Source: Dehalococcoidia bacterium (GTDB lineage: Bacteria; Chloroflexota; Dehalococcoidia; UBA2979). Taken from it: 54,083 nt of DNA. Position 1 is the stretch's first letter. Every line of letters begins with the position of its first letter. Where the stretch lies: positions 1 through 54,083 of the forward strand of contig SHYR01000005.1 in NCBI GenBank assembly GCA_009692705.1. Direction: 5' to 3'. The notes under the pieces are model-generated. The model searched no databases. It was given only the letters and a program-made list of their open reading frames with translations, and had not been told where the DNA came from. Positions 23,272 to 35,917 of this stretch are shown in pieces. Made by a program: the position numbers and the translations under genes.

Positions 23272-23364
23272 GGGCGGCTGCTCTCGCTGCTCGAGCGTAG
23301 TGAGCGCTAGAGTAACGCTGGGGAGCGAGGGCGGCCAGCGCCCAGCCCCGCAAAGCGCAACCGG

Positions 23365-24189
23365 CTAGCGCGGGAGGGCGACGAGGCGGCCGCGCACCTC
23401 CGAGGTGAGGTCGACGGCCTCGCGCGGCGCTCCGCCGGGACCGAGCACGCGGCTGCCGGCGACGCGCAGGCGCGCGGCGGCGAACTCCGCGAACGTGGCC
23501 AGCAGCAGCGGCGCCTCGTAGCGCACGCCCTCGGCGCGGATCGCCGCGAACAGCGGCGTCCGCTCCAGGATGTCGTCGTCGATGCCGTCGAGCCGCGGCG
23601 CGAGCTCCGCCCAGAGCGCATCGAATCCGGGGCCGCGGATCGGATAGCGGCAGCAGGCGACGACCGGCCCGGCGTCGACCTCCGCGATCGCGAGGTGCAG
23701 CATCACGCCGCTCTCGCGCGCGCCACCGCGGATGAGCGCGCGGATCACCTCTCGCCAGGTGCCAGCGGGGCCGCCGGGCAGCGCCGGGTGCAGGTTGAGC
23801 AGTGGATGCCGCGAGACGAACCCGGCGGTGAAGATCAGCATGTACCCGGCGAGCACGCCGAGGTCGAATGGGCGTCCGTCGAGGGCGCGCTCCACCTGCT
23901 CGTCGTAGCGCTCGCGCCACGGCGGGAGCGTCTCACCGAAGCGCGAGCGCTCGCCGCCGGCCGTGTGGCGGAAGCTCACCGAGGAACGCGTCACCAGCGG
24001 GTGGGCGTTCACGCGCACCAGTTCGAAGAAGGCGTCGGTCACGCCGTCCTCGCCGCGGTCGCGGTTGCAGAACACGAATGCGAACTCAGCGTCGAGCTCG
24101 CCGGCAGCGATCGCCGCCGCCACAGTCTCGTACATCGCGCGCGAGCCCTCGCCGCGAGCGGTGGTGAACCAGCCGAGGCGCAGCGTCAC
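23365..24189 (-). CDS. purN: Formyltransferase, PurN (phosphoribosylglycinamide formyltransferase)-like
   Basis: LAGYMLI, NLHPALP and HLAIAEVDAGP formyltransferase motifs; longer than canonical PurN. Confidence 0.72.
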   Translation of the reverse strand: MTLRLGWFTTARGEGSRAMYETVAAAIAAGELDAEFAFVFCNRDRGEDGVTDAFFELVRVNAHPLVTRSSVSFRHTAGGERSRFGETLPPWRERYDEQVERALDGRPFDLGVLAGYMLIFTAGFVSRHPLLNLHPALPGGPAGTWREVIRALIRGGARESGVMLHLAIAEVDAGPVVACCRYPIRGPGFDALWAELAPRLDGIDDDILERTPLFAAIRAEGVRYEAPLLLATFAEFAAARLRVAGSRVLGPGGAPREAVDLTSEVRGRLVALPR

Positions 24190-24416
24190 GCCGGTTGCTC
24201 GCTGTCCTCGTAGGCCTGTCGCAGCTGCTCGATGCGCTGCTCGACGCCGCCCAGCAGCTCCTGGCAGCGCTTCGCCAGCTGCATGCCCTCCTCGTAGAGC
24301 GCCACCGCCTGCTCCAGGCTGAGGTCGCCGCCGTCGAGGCGATCCGTGATCTCCTCCAGCCGCGTGTAGAGCTGGTCGAATGTGGGCTCAGGCTCCCGCC
24401 CGCGCGCCGCGCTCAT
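24186..24416 (-). CDS. xseB: Exodeoxyribonuclease VII small subunit
   Basis: FDQLYTRLEEITDRLDGGDLSLEQAVALYEEG pattern; downstream of xseA. Confidence 0.93.
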   Translation of the reverse strand: MSAARGREPEPTFDQLYTRLEEITDRLDGGDLSLEQAVALYEEGMQLAKRCQELLGGVEQRIEQLRQAYEDSEQPA

Positions 24417-25648
24417 CGCCGCGGCTCCGCCCGGTCCGGCTCGATGCGCGCGGCGCGGCGGCCATCGCGCAGCCGCAGCTCGACGCGCTCGCCCGCGCGC
24501 AGCGCCGCGGCGGAACCTACGGCGGTGCCGTCCGGCCGCTCCACGATGGCGAAGCCGCGGTCGAGCGTAGCGAGCGGCGAGAGCGCGCCGAGCCGCCCCG
24601 CCGCGCCCGCGACCCGCACGCGGGCGGCGGCGACCGCTGTCGCCGCGCCTCGCAGCAGCGCCACCTCGTGCGAGCGCACCACCCGCCGCCGGCCCTCGAG
24701 GTCCGGCAGCGCATCGTGCAGCGCCGCCACGCGCAGATCGAGCCGGTCGCGCGCCGCCACCAGCGCCCGCAGCACCCGCGCCTCCGCGCGCTGTGCACGC
24801 GCCTCGAGCGCACGCGCCACATCGGCGCGGTCGGGCGCCACCAGCTCGGCGGCGGAGGAGGGCGTGGACGCGCGCAAGTCCGCGACGAGGTCGGCGAGCG
24901 TGGTGTCGGTCTCGTGCCCGACCGCGGAGACGACGGGAACCGGCGAGGCGAAGATAGCGCGCACCACCGGCTCCTCGTTGAAGGCCCAGAGGTCCTCAGC
25001 CGCGCCCCCGCCGCGGGCCACGATGATCACATCTGGCCGGTGCGAGCGCGCGAGCGCGCGCAGCGACTGCGCGATCGCAGGCGCGGCGTCGGCGCCCTGC
25101 ACCGGCGTGGGCTGGAGCAGCAGCGTCGCCAGCGGCCAGCGCCGCGCCAGCACCTGCGCGATGTCGTGGAAGACCGCGCCCGTGGGCGATGTGACCACGC
25201 CCACGCGCTGCGGGAAGCGTGGCAGACTGCGCTTGCGCTGCGGGTCGAACAGCCCCTCCGCCTCGAAGCGGGCGCGCCGGCGCTCGAACTCCGCGGCGAG
25301 CGCACCAGTGCCTTCCGGCTGCACGAAATCGACGATGAACGAGAGCTCGCCGCGCTGCTCGTAGACCGAGAGCGAGCCGTGCACCACCACCGACGCGCCG
25401 TCGACCAGCCACTCGCGCTGGCCAACGTTGCGGTTGCGGAAGAAGGCGCAGCGCAGCGCGACGCGCGCATCCTTGAGCGTGAAGTAGATGTGCCCGGCGG
25501 AGGAGCGGTTGCAGTTCGAGACCTCGCCCGCGACCCAGATCGCGGTGAGGTGGCGGTTGCCTTCGAGCAGCTCGCGCAGGTAGCGCGTGACCTCGCCGAC
25601 AGGGTAGACCTCACCGAGCGCGCCTGCGTCCGCCGCGGGAGGGCTCAT
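24413..25648 (-). CDS. xseA: Exodeoxyribonuclease VII large subunit
   Basis: GEVSN..GHIYFTLKD, VTSPTGAVFHD, ARGGG..EDLWAFNEE, SAVGHETD. Confidence 0.95.
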   Translation of the reverse strand: MSPPAADAGALGEVYPVGEVTRYLRELLEGNRHLTAIWVAGEVSNCNRSSAGHIYFTLKDARVALRCAFFRNRNVGQREWLVDGASVVVHGSLSVYEQRGELSFIVDFVQPEGTGALAAEFERRRARFEAEGLFDPQRKRSLPRFPQRVGVVTSPTGAVFHDIAQVLARRWPLATLLLQPTPVQGADAAPAIAQSLRALARSHRPDVIIVARGGGAAEDLWAFNEEPVVRAIFASPVPVVSAVGHETDTTLADLVADLRASTPSSAAELVAPDRADVARALEARAQRAEARVLRALVAARDRLDLRVAALHDALPDLEGRRRVVRSHEVALLRGAATAVAAARVRVAGAAGRLGALSPLATLDRGFAIVERPDGTAVGSAAALRAGERVELRLRDGRRAARIEPDRAEPRR

Positions 25649-25694
25649 GCTGCGCGGCGCCTCCCCGCTGCCACCGCCGTCCGCCGCCGCGAGC

Positions 25695-26258
25695 TCACCG
25701 GCTGGCGACACGCTCGATGTACGTCCCGGTATCGGTCGAGACCTTGATCGTGTCGCCCTGGTTGACGAACAGCGGCACGTTCACGACGAGGCCGGTCTCG
25801 AGCGTCGCAGGTTTCGTGGCGCCGGTGGCAGTGTCGCCCTTCACGCCTCGCTCGACGTCCACGATCTTCAGCTCGACGGCAGCGGGCAACTCGATGCCGA
25901 GCGCCTCCTCGCCGAACATCACGACCTGCGCGGTCCCGCCCTCCTTGAGGTAGGGGATGGAGTCCTCGATCAGTCTGCGGGCGATCGGGATCTGGTCGTA
26001 GCTCTCGGTGTTCATGAACACCAGCGCATTGTCCTCCGCATAGAGGTACTGCATCGAACGGCGCTCCACGCGCACATCCGGCACTTTCTCGCCGGCGTTG
26101 AAGGAGCGCTCGGTAATGTGCCCGGCGCGCAGGTCGCGCAGCTTGGTGCGGTAGACCGCCGACTTCTTGGTCTTGACGTGGTGCACCTCGACGACGGTGT
26201 AGAGGGTGCCGTCGAGCTCCAGGTTCGTGCCGCGCCTGACATCGCTGATCTGGATCAA
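25695..26258 (-). CDS. efp: Translation elongation factor P (non-canonical tip loop)
   Basis: MQYLY, FMNTESYDQ, GVKGDTATGATKPATLETG, VPLFVNQGD..YIER; aroQ-pepP-efp-xseA context; TTG start. Confidence 0.93.
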   Translation of the reverse strand: MIQISDVRRGTNLELDGTLYTVVEVHHVKTKKSAVYRTKLRDLRAGHITERSFNAGEKVPDVRVERRSMQYLYAEDNALVFMNTESYDQIPIARRLIEDSIPYLKEGGTAQVVMFGEEALGIELPAAVELKIVDVERGVKGDTATGATKPATLETGLVVNVPLFVNQGDTIKVSTDTGTYIERVASR

Positions 26259-26292
26259 CGATCCACGTCCTCTCCCTGCGCCGGCTCGTCGC

Positions 26293-27384
26293 CTACGCCC
26301 GTACTAGGTCCAGCTTCGTCGCGGTGGTGAGCGAGCGCAGGCGGCCGTGCTCCATCACGCACTGATCCTCGATGCGCACACCGCCCCAGCCCGGCAGGTA
26401 AATACCGGGCTCCACCGTCACCACGTTCCCGTCCTCCAGCACGTCCTCGCCGGCGGGCGAGAGTCGCGGATCCTCGTGGATGTCCAGCCCCACGCCGTGC
26501 CCGAGCCCGTGCCCGAAGTGGTCCGCGTGTCCCGCCTGCGCGATCACGGCGACCGCGATCTCGTGCGCCTGGCGGCCGGTCATGCCCGCCTCGATGCGCT
26601 CCTCGGCCATCGTCTGAGCAGTGAGCACGATGTCGTAGACGCGCCGGAACTGCGCGTCCGGCTCGCCGAGGGAGATCGTGCGCGTGAGGTCGGAGCAGTA
26701 GCCATCGAGGCGCACGCCGAGGTCCATCACCACGCCCTGCCCGGCGCGCAGCGGCTCGTCGCGCGGGTAGGCGTGCGGCATCGCGCTCCACGGCCCCCCG
26801 GCGATGATGGTGGCGAACGAGAGGTCATCCGCGCCGTGCTCCATCGCATAGCGCTGCACCTCCCACGCCAGCTGGCGCTCCGTCATGCCCGGCGCGGCGA
26901 CGGCTGCGGCGTGGCGGAAGGCGTCGTCGCCCAGCCGCACGGCGCGGGCGAGCGCCTCGATCTCGGCGGACTCCTTCACCATGCGCAGACGCTCGATCGC
27001 GCGCGGCGCCGCCACCAGCTCGGGGCGCGCGGCCGGCGGCAGCGCCTCGACCACGCGCCGCCAGTCATCGAACGCGGCCACGGTCAGGCCCGCGGGCTCG
27101 TAGCCGAGCCGCCGCCCGCCGAGGCCCTCGAGCAGCGCGGGCGCCGAGGCCGTGCTCGCCCCCGCAATCTTGACCAGCGTGAACTCCGGCGCCTGGCGGC
27201 CAGCCTGCTCCCAGTAGCGCGAGTCGGTAGCGAAGAGCGCGCGGTCGCGGTCCACGAGCAGGACGCCGCTGCTGCCGGTGAAGCCGGAGAGCCAGCGGCG
27301 GTTGGAGGGTGTGGTGACGAGCAACGCGTCGACGCGCAGCGCCTCGAAGCGAGCGCGCAGACGGTCGAGCCGGGCGGAGCTCAC
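26293..27384 (-). CDS. Xaa-Pro aminopeptidase (M24 family)
   Basis: Creatinase N domain, [43 protein letters not shown]. Confidence 0.93.
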   Translation of the reverse strand: MSSARLDRLRARFEALRVDALLVTTPSNRRWLSGFTGSSGVLLVDRDRALFATDSRYWEQAGRQAPEFTLVKIAGASTASAPALLEGLGGRRLGYEPAGLTVAAFDDWRRVVEALPPAARPELVAAPRAIERLRMVKESAEIEALARAVRLGDDAFRHAAAVAAPGMTERQLAWEVQRYAMEHGADDLSFATIIAGGPWSAMPHAYPRDEPLRAGQGVVMDLGVRLDGYCSDLTRTISLGEPDAQFRRVYDIVLTAQTMAEERIEAGMTGRQAHEIAVAVIAQAGHADHFGHGLGHGVGLDIHEDPRLSPAGEDVLEDGNVVTVEPGIYLPGWGGVRIEDQCVMEHGRLRSLTTATKLDLVRA

Positions 27385-27824
27385 TGCGTCTCGCCTTCGC
27401 TCAGGCGGCCGACCAGCAGGTCGAGCGCGGCGATGTAGCCGCGGTAGCCGAAGCCGGCGATCTGGCCCCAGCACACGCGGGCGATGGTCGAGCGGTGCCG
27501 GAAGCGCTCGCGGGCGTAGATGTTCGAGAGATGCACCTCCACCGCAGGCACCTGCACCGCCTCCAGCGCATCGGCGATCGCCAGCGAGGTGTGGGTGTAG
27601 GCGGCGGCGTTGATGATCAGGCCGTCCCAGTCGCGGTGCTGCTGGATCGCGTCCACCAGCGCGCCCTCGTGGTTGGACTGCACGAACTTCACCTCGACGC
27701 CCAGCCGGTCAGCATGGCCACGCACCAGCAGCTGGATCTCGTCGAGCGTCTCGCGGCCATAGACCGCGGGCATGCGGTGGCCCAGCAGGTTCAGGTTGGG
27801 ACCGTTGAGCACGAGAATGCGCAT
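27381..27824 (-). CDS. aroQ: Type II 3-dehydroquinate dehydratase
   Basis: LNGPNLNLLG, QSNHEG, NAAAYTHTS, EVHLSNIYARERFRH. Confidence 0.96.
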   Translation of the reverse strand: MRILVLNGPNLNLLGHRMPAVYGRETLDEIQLLVRGHADRLGVEVKFVQSNHEGALVDAIQQHRDWDGLIINAAAYTHTSLAIADALEAVQVPAVEVHLSNIYARERFRHRSTIARVCWGQIAGFGYRGYIAALDLLVGRLSEGETQ

Positions 27825-27876
27825 CGCCGCTCCCTGTTCGACTGCTCGGCTGCGGATCGTACCAGCGGACAGGCGA

Positions 27877-28830
27877 TCAGGCGCGGCGCGCGCGACTCGC
27901 CTCCGTACGGCGCGCTCGCGCCAGCGCCGCGGCGACCGCGGCGACCTGCCGGCCGCTGGTGACGGCGGTGTAGATCTGCGTGGTGTCGGCCGAGCTGTGC
28001 CCGAGCAGATGCTGGACCACGCGCAGGTCGGCGCCGCCTTCCAGCATATGGGTAGCGAAGCTATGGCGCAGCAGGTGCGGGTACACCCGTTGCAGGATGC
28101 CCGCCGCCACCCCGGCACGCCGCACGACCGTCTGCACCGAGCGCACCGAGAGCCGGCCGCCGGAGCGGTTGAGGAAGAGCGCGGGCTGCGCGCCGGTCGC
28201 GAACGCCGTGCGGCCGCCCTCGATGTACTCGCGCAGCGCGCGGCGGGCGGGCTCGCCGAAGAGCGCCACGCGAGTCTTCTCCCCCTTGCCGGTGACCGTG
28301 ACCTGCCGGTTCGTGAGGTCGAGGTCCCGCACGTCGATGCCGACCAGCTCGCTCACGCGCAGGCCCGCGGCGTACAGCAACTCGAGCAGCGCGCGGTCGC
28401 GCTGGCCCTGCGCGCCGTCGAGCACAGGCGACTGCACCAGCGCGTCCGCCTGCGGCTCGCTCAGGAAGTGCGGCAGCCGCCGCGGCGCCTTTGGGTGGCG
28501 CAGCATCAGGATCGAGTCGCCCGGGCGTCCCGGCGGCAACTCGCCCTCCCGCTCCAACCAGGCGTAGCAGGCGCGCACCGTGGTCGCCCGGCGCTTCAGC
28601 GAGGCGGCGGCGAGCCCGGCCGCGCGCTGCGCCGCGAGGAACGCGCGCCCATCGCTGCGCCCCGCGCGGTCGAACGCCACACCGCGCTGCGCGAGGAAGT
28701 GGAAGAACGCGCCGATGTCGGCGCGGTAGTTGCGCAGCGTGTGCCGGGAGCGCCCGCGCACGCGCGCGAGCTGGTCGAGATAGCGCGCGAGCGCCGCGGC
28801 AGCGCGCGCGTCGGAGGGGGGAGCGCTCAT
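27877..28830 (-). CDS. xerC: Tyrosine recombinase XerC/XerD family
   Basis: GLRVSEL, GKGEK, HLLRHSFATH, LGHSSADTTQIY; downstream of topA as is typical for xerC. Confidence 0.85.
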   Translation of the reverse strand: MSAPPSDARAAAALARYLDQLARVRGRSRHTLRNYRADIGAFFHFLAQRGVAFDRAGRSDGRAFLAAQRAAGLAAASLKRRATTVRACYAWLEREGELPPGRPGDSILMLRHPKAPRRLPHFLSEPQADALVQSPVLDGAQGQRDRALLELLYAAGLRVSELVGIDVRDLDLTNRQVTVTGKGEKTRVALFGEPARRALREYIEGGRTAFATGAQPALFLNRSGGRLSVRSVQTVVRRAGVAAGILQRVYPHLLRHSFATHMLEGGADLRVVQHLLGHSSADTTQIYTAVTSGRQVAAVAAALARARRTEASRARRA

Positions 28831-28926
28831 ACTGCGGCCCGATCTCCCCGCCGCGGAGATGATCGCACATGCGGGCCGCCGCACGGAAGCGCTCGGCGGC
28901 GGGGGCACGGCGCGCGCGAGAGAGCG

Positions 28927-31644
<2,718 letters not shown>

Positions 31645-31705
31645 GCCGCCGCCGGTGCGCGCACGCGGCGTACGCCGGCGGCGAGGCGCCCCCGCGTGGG
31701 TGGCA

Positions 31706-32869
31706 TCAGCTGTCACGAGCGCGCTCGCTCTCCGCGGCATACTGCGCCGGTTCTTCGCGCACGCGCACGTACTGCATGCCGCCCACGTCGCGCACCAGGC
31801 CCTTCAGCTCCAGCAACGCGAGCGTCGCCGCGACGGTGGCCGCGGCGAGCCCGCTGGCACGCACCACCTCGTCGACGTGGCGCGGTTCGCACGTGAGCGC
31901 GGCCATCAGCGCGTGCTCCTCCGGCATCTGCGGTGGAGCCGCGTGCCAGAAGTCCATTTGTGCCCCGATCATCGTCAGGTTCAAGGCCTCCAGGATGTCC
32001 TCGCCGCTGGTCACCGGCGTCGCACCATCCCGCAGCAACGAGAGCGGGCCGCGCGACTGCGGCGAAAAGATCGAGCCCGGCACCACGAAGACCTCGCGGT
32101 TCTGCTCGAGCGCGAAGCGAGCGGTAATCAGCGCCCCGCTGGTGTAGTCGCCCTCCACCACCAGCGTGCCGAGCGTGAGCCCCGACATGATGCGGTTGCG
32201 CCGCGGGAAGAACTCCGCTCGCGGCTTGGTGCCCAGCGGGTAGTCGCTGAGCAGGGCGCCGCGCTCCGCGATCTCCGCCGCCAGTCCGGCGTACTCGGGC
32301 GAGTAGGGCGTGCTCGGGCGAGTAGATCGTGTCCAGCCCGCTCGCCAGCACCGCCACCGTGCGACCGCCGCCGTCGAGCGCCGCGCGGCGGGCGATCGCG
32401 TCGATGCCGCGCGCGAGCCCGGAGACCACCGTGATGCGGTTCGCCGCCAGCGCCCGCATCAGCTTACCAGCGGCCTGCCGCCCGTAGGCGGTGGCGCACC
32501 GGGTGCCGACCACGGCCACGCTCCAGCCGTCCTTCGGCAGCCACTGCCCGCGGACGTAGACCACGGGGGCGCATCGTCGATCTCCGCCAGGCGCTCCTGG
32601 TAGGCGGGATCGGTGCGCGGCACCGCCCGCACGCCCGCGCGCGAGCCGCTCCAGTTCGGCGTCCGGGTCGATCTCCTCCTGTGCCCGCAGCAGTTCGGGG
32701 CGCTGCGGGCGTCGAGGCCCGCGGCCAGCAGTTCGTACCGGCGTGCCCGCCACGCCTCACGCATCGAGCCGAACGCGCGCTCGAGCAGCGCGAAGCGCGC
32801 GGCGCCGAGGCGGTGCACGCGGTGCAGCGCCACCCAGTACGGCAGATCACGGGCTTGCGGGTCGTCCAC
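31706..32869 (-). pseudogene. dprA: DNA-processing protein DprA, multiply frameshifted
   Basis: AVVGTR, VSGLARGID, FFPRRNRIMSG, SGALITA..ALEQNREVF motifs split across three frames; shifts near 32698, 32640, 32567 and at a 19-bp duplication. Confidence 0.9.
32288..32325. repeat. 19-bp tandem duplication inside dprA
   Basis: GGCGTACTCGGGCGAGTAG / GGCGTGCTCGGGCGAGTAG (1 mismatch). Confidence 0.9.
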
Positions 32870-32932
32870 GCCGCCACAGAGTAACAGGCCGTGCCGGGCC
32901 TGCCAGCCGGACGCGTCGCGCCGGCGCGCCGG

Positions 32933-34237
32933 CTAGGCCGTGACCGTGCGCTCGTGCTCCTCCGACGGCGCGGGCGAGATGCGAGAGAGGCGCACGCGCT
33001 TGATTCGACGCCCGAGCACGGAGAGCACCCGCAGGCGCAGCCCATACTCGCGGTCCTCCACCTCGTCGCCAGGCTGCGCGAGGCGGCCCAGCAGCGAGAG
33101 GATCAGGCCGCCGACGGTGTCAAAGTCCTCGCTCTCGATCGAAATGCCGAACAGCTCGTTCAGGTCGTCGAGCGGGAGGCGCGCGTCGACGATCTTGTGG
33201 TCGGCGTCGATCGACTGCACCGCGATCTCGCTGGTATCGTACTCGTCGTCGATCTGGCCAACGATCTCCTCCAGCAGGTCCTCGATGGTGATCACGCCGG
33301 CTGTGCCGCCGTACTCGTCCACGGCGATCGCCATCTGCACCTGGTCGCGGCGCATGTCGGCCAGCAGCTCATTGGCGCGCTTGCTCTCCGGAACGAAGTA
33401 CGCCGGCCGCGCGATCGCACGCAGCTCCGGCGGCGCCGGCCGGGCCTGCACGTAGGCGAGCAGGTCCTTCGCGTAGATCACGCCGCTGATGCGGTCGATC
33501 GACTCCTCGTAGAGCGGGATGCGCGTGAACCCCGACTCGATGATCAGCCGCATGACGTCGTCGAGCGTCGCCTCGGAAGAGACGGCCGTGAGGTCCATGC
33601 GCGGCGACATCAGCTCGCGCACGGTCTGCTCGGACATCGCCATGATGCCGCGCATCATGCGCCGCTCCTCGGCGAGCACGCCGTCGAGCGCGGCCTCGCC
33701 GGTGGACTCCAGCACCGCCAGCAGCTCGCCCACCGGATCCAGCTCACTGGGGCTGCGGCGGTAGCCGAGCGCGCGCAGCAGTGCGCGCACCGGCGCCTCC
33801 ACGCCCCAGCCGAGCGGGGCGAACAGCAGTTGCAGCACGTCGATCGGCCGCGTCAGCCACAGCCCTGTGCGTTCTGGGTTGAGCAGCGCGAGCGTGCGCG
33901 CGGTCTGGCGCAGCAGCGTGATCGCGAGGGCGGCGATCGCCCCGGCGGCGAGCAGACCGACGGGGGAGGCGGAGCGACCACGCAGCAGCAGCGCGGCGAT
34001 GGTGACGGTGGCGGTGATCGCGGCGCAGGTGCCGGCGACGCTGAGCGTGCGCAGCACCTCGTGGCGACGCCGCAGATAGCCGTTGAGGATCGCCGCCGGG
34101 CCGCTCGCCTGCGCCGCGCGGCTGCGACCGCGGCTGAGCGCGATGATCCCGGCTTCGGCGGCCGCGACCAGCGTCAGCAGCACGCCTGCGACGGCGAGCA
34201 CCAGCGCGCCCACACTAATCAGCAGAATGCTATCCAC
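32933..34237 (-). CDS. Hemolysin/CNNM family (DUF21-CBS-CorC) membrane protein
   Basis: N-terminal TM region, VRELMSPR, GFTRIPLY, AVDEYGGTAG..TIEDLLEEIVG, FDTVGG. Confidence 0.9.
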   Translation of the reverse strand: MDSILLISVGALVLAVAGVLLTLVAAAEAGIIALSRGRSRAAQASGPAAILNGYLRRRHEVLRTLSVAGTCAAITATVTIAALLLRGRSASPVGLLAAGAIAALAITLLRQTARTLALLNPERTGLWLTRPIDVLQLLFAPLGWGVEAPVRALLRALGYRRSPSELDPVGELLAVLESTGEAALDGVLAEERRMMRGIMAMSEQTVRELMSPRMDLTAVSSEATLDDVMRLIIESGFTRIPLYEESIDRISGVIYAKDLLAYVQARPAPPELRAIARPAYFVPESKRANELLADMRRDQVQMAIAVDEYGGTAGVITIEDLLEEIVGQIDDEYDTSEIAVQSIDADHKIVDARLPLDDLNELFGISIESEDFDTVGGLILSLLGRLAQPGDEVEDREYGLRLRVLSVLGRRIKRVRLSRISPAPSEEHERTVTA

Positions 34238-34285
34238 AGGCGGTCCGCAACCGGGCCTCGCTACCCTCCGTTCCGAGCGGTGCCG

Positions 34286-35818
34286 CTACGGCGAACCAGC
34301 GCCTTGCCACGCGGGCACCAGCCGCGCGGGCACGCCCATGACGCGCACCCCCGGCGCCACGTCGTGCGTCACCACCGAGCCGGCGCCAGTGCTGGCGTCG
34401 GCCCCGATCTCGATCGGCGCCACCAGAATCGAGTCGCTGCCGATGAAGGCGCGCGCTCCGATGCGGGTGTGGTGCTTCTGCTTGCCGTCGAAGTTGGAGG
34501 TGACCGTGCCCGCGCCGATGTTCACGTCCTCGCCCACGTCGGCGTCGCCGATGTAGGAGAAGTGCCCGACCAGCGTGCGCGCGCCGAGGCGCGAGGCCTT
34601 CACCTCCGCGAAATTCCCGAGGTGCACCTCCCGCTCGATCGTGGAGCCGGAGCGCACGTGGCAGTACGGACCCACGGTCACCGCGTCGGCGATCGTCGAG
34701 CCCTCGAGCGTGGAGCCGCCGATCTCGCAACCTTCGCCGACGCGCATGTCGCGCAGCACGGCGTTCGGCCCGATGCGGCAGCCGCCGCCGATGGTGGTCG
34801 CGCCCAGCAGGTGCACGCCGGGCAGCAGCGTGGTGTCGGCGCCGACGCGCACACCCACGTCGATGTACGTCGTGGCGGGGTCCACGAGCGTGACGCCGTC
34901 CAGCAACAGTTGTCGCCGCACGCGCTCGCGCATGATCCCATCCGCGCGCGCGAGGTCCAGGCGACTGTTCACCTGTTGCACCTCGGAGGACTCGTGGACC
35001 TGGAACGCTTGCACGCCGCGTCCGCTCTCCACGGCGGTGCGGACCAGGTCGGTGAGGTAGCGTTCGCCGCGCGCGGCGGGCTCGAGCTGCTCGAGCACAG
35101 GCCAGAGCCAGACCGCGTCGGCCGCGTAGAGCCCCGCGTTCACCTCGCGCTCGCGGCGCGTCACGGTGTCGGCCTCGCGCTCTTCGACCACGCCGGTGAC
35201 GCGGCCGTCGCGGCGCAGGACGCGGCCGTAACCGCTGGGGTCGTCGAGGTGGGCGGTGAGGAAGGTCAGCGGCTGCACGGCAGCCTCGTGGCGCCGCGCC
35301 AGCTCGCGCAGGGTGCGCGCGGTGAGCAGCGGCAGGTCGGCGTTGAGGATCATCACGCGCGGCGCCTCGCCGCAGAGGGCGCGGGCGGCGAGCGCGGCGT
35401 GCCCGGTGCCCAGCGGTGCGCCCTGCGGCGCGATCTGCGCCGCCAGCGGCCCGCCGTCGCGCAGGCTCGTCGCGACCGCGCCGGCGGCGTCGGGGGTCAC
35501 GACCACCAGCTCGCGGAACCCGGCGGCGGCCACGCTGTCGCACACCAGCCGCAGCATCGAGCGGCCGCCCACCGGGTGCAGCACCTTCGGGAGCGCGGAG
35601 CGCATGCGGATGCCGCGACCGGCGGCGAGCACGACCGCCACCCAGCCGTCGAGCGGCGTCAGGTCAGGGGCCGTAGCCGTGGGCGTCGACGCGGGGCGGC
35701 CGGGATGATCGGGGGCCGGAGCGTCGCCGGGGGTGGTGGCATTGGCGATGCTGTCACTCCGTCGTCGTCGGTAACCGGACCGGGCCGGCGTCGCGTTGAC
35801 CGTCACACCGACCGTCAC
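34286..35818 (-). CDS. glmU: Bifunctional UDP-GlcNAc pyrophosphorylase / glucosamine-1-phosphate acetyltransferase
   Basis: LAAGRGIRMRSALPKVLH, GYGRV, ERYLTD, hexapeptide repeats, GNFAEVK, HFSYIGDA; start uncertain (35818, 35806 or further downstream). Confidence 0.93.
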   Translation of the reverse strand: MTVGVTVNATPARSGYRRRRSDSIANATTPGDAPAPDHPGRPASTPTATAPDLTPLDGWVAVVLAAGRGIRMRSALPKVLHPVGGRSMLRLVCDSVAAAGFRELVVVTPDAAGAVATSLRDGGPLAAQIAPQGAPLGTGHAALAARALCGEAPRVMILNADLPLLTARTLRELARRHEAAVQPLTFLTAHLDDPSGYGRVLRRDGRVTGVVEEREADTVTRREREVNAGLYAADAVWLWPVLEQLEPAARGERYLTDLVRTAVESGRGVQAFQVHESSEVQQVNSRLDLARADGIMRERVRRQLLLDGVTLVDPATTYIDVGVRVGADTTLLPGVHLLGATTIGGGCRIGPNAVLRDMRVGEGCEIGGSTLEGSTIADAVTVGPYCHVRSGSTIEREVHLGNFAEVKASRLGARTLVGHFSYIGDADVGEDVNIGAGTVTSNFDGKQKHHTRIGARAFIGSDSILVAPIEIGADASTGAGSVVTHDVAPGVRVMGVPARLVPAWQGAGSP

Positions 35819-35917
35819 GTTGACCGCCGAATCGTGACCATTCTACACTCGACCGGCCGAGCGCTGTCACTGGCCGCGACCGCCGGGCAGTGAGCCCGTC
35901 AGCCAGAGTCGAGGGCA

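Noticed and set aside
27877-28830. Tyrosine recombinase as a phage or integron integrase
   Set aside because: Size, motifs and dprA-topA-xerC context fit the housekeeping XerC; no cassette array or att repeats were seen.
35850-35917. T-box leader before alaS (and before pheS)
   Set aside because: The leaders are too short and show no T-box consensus.
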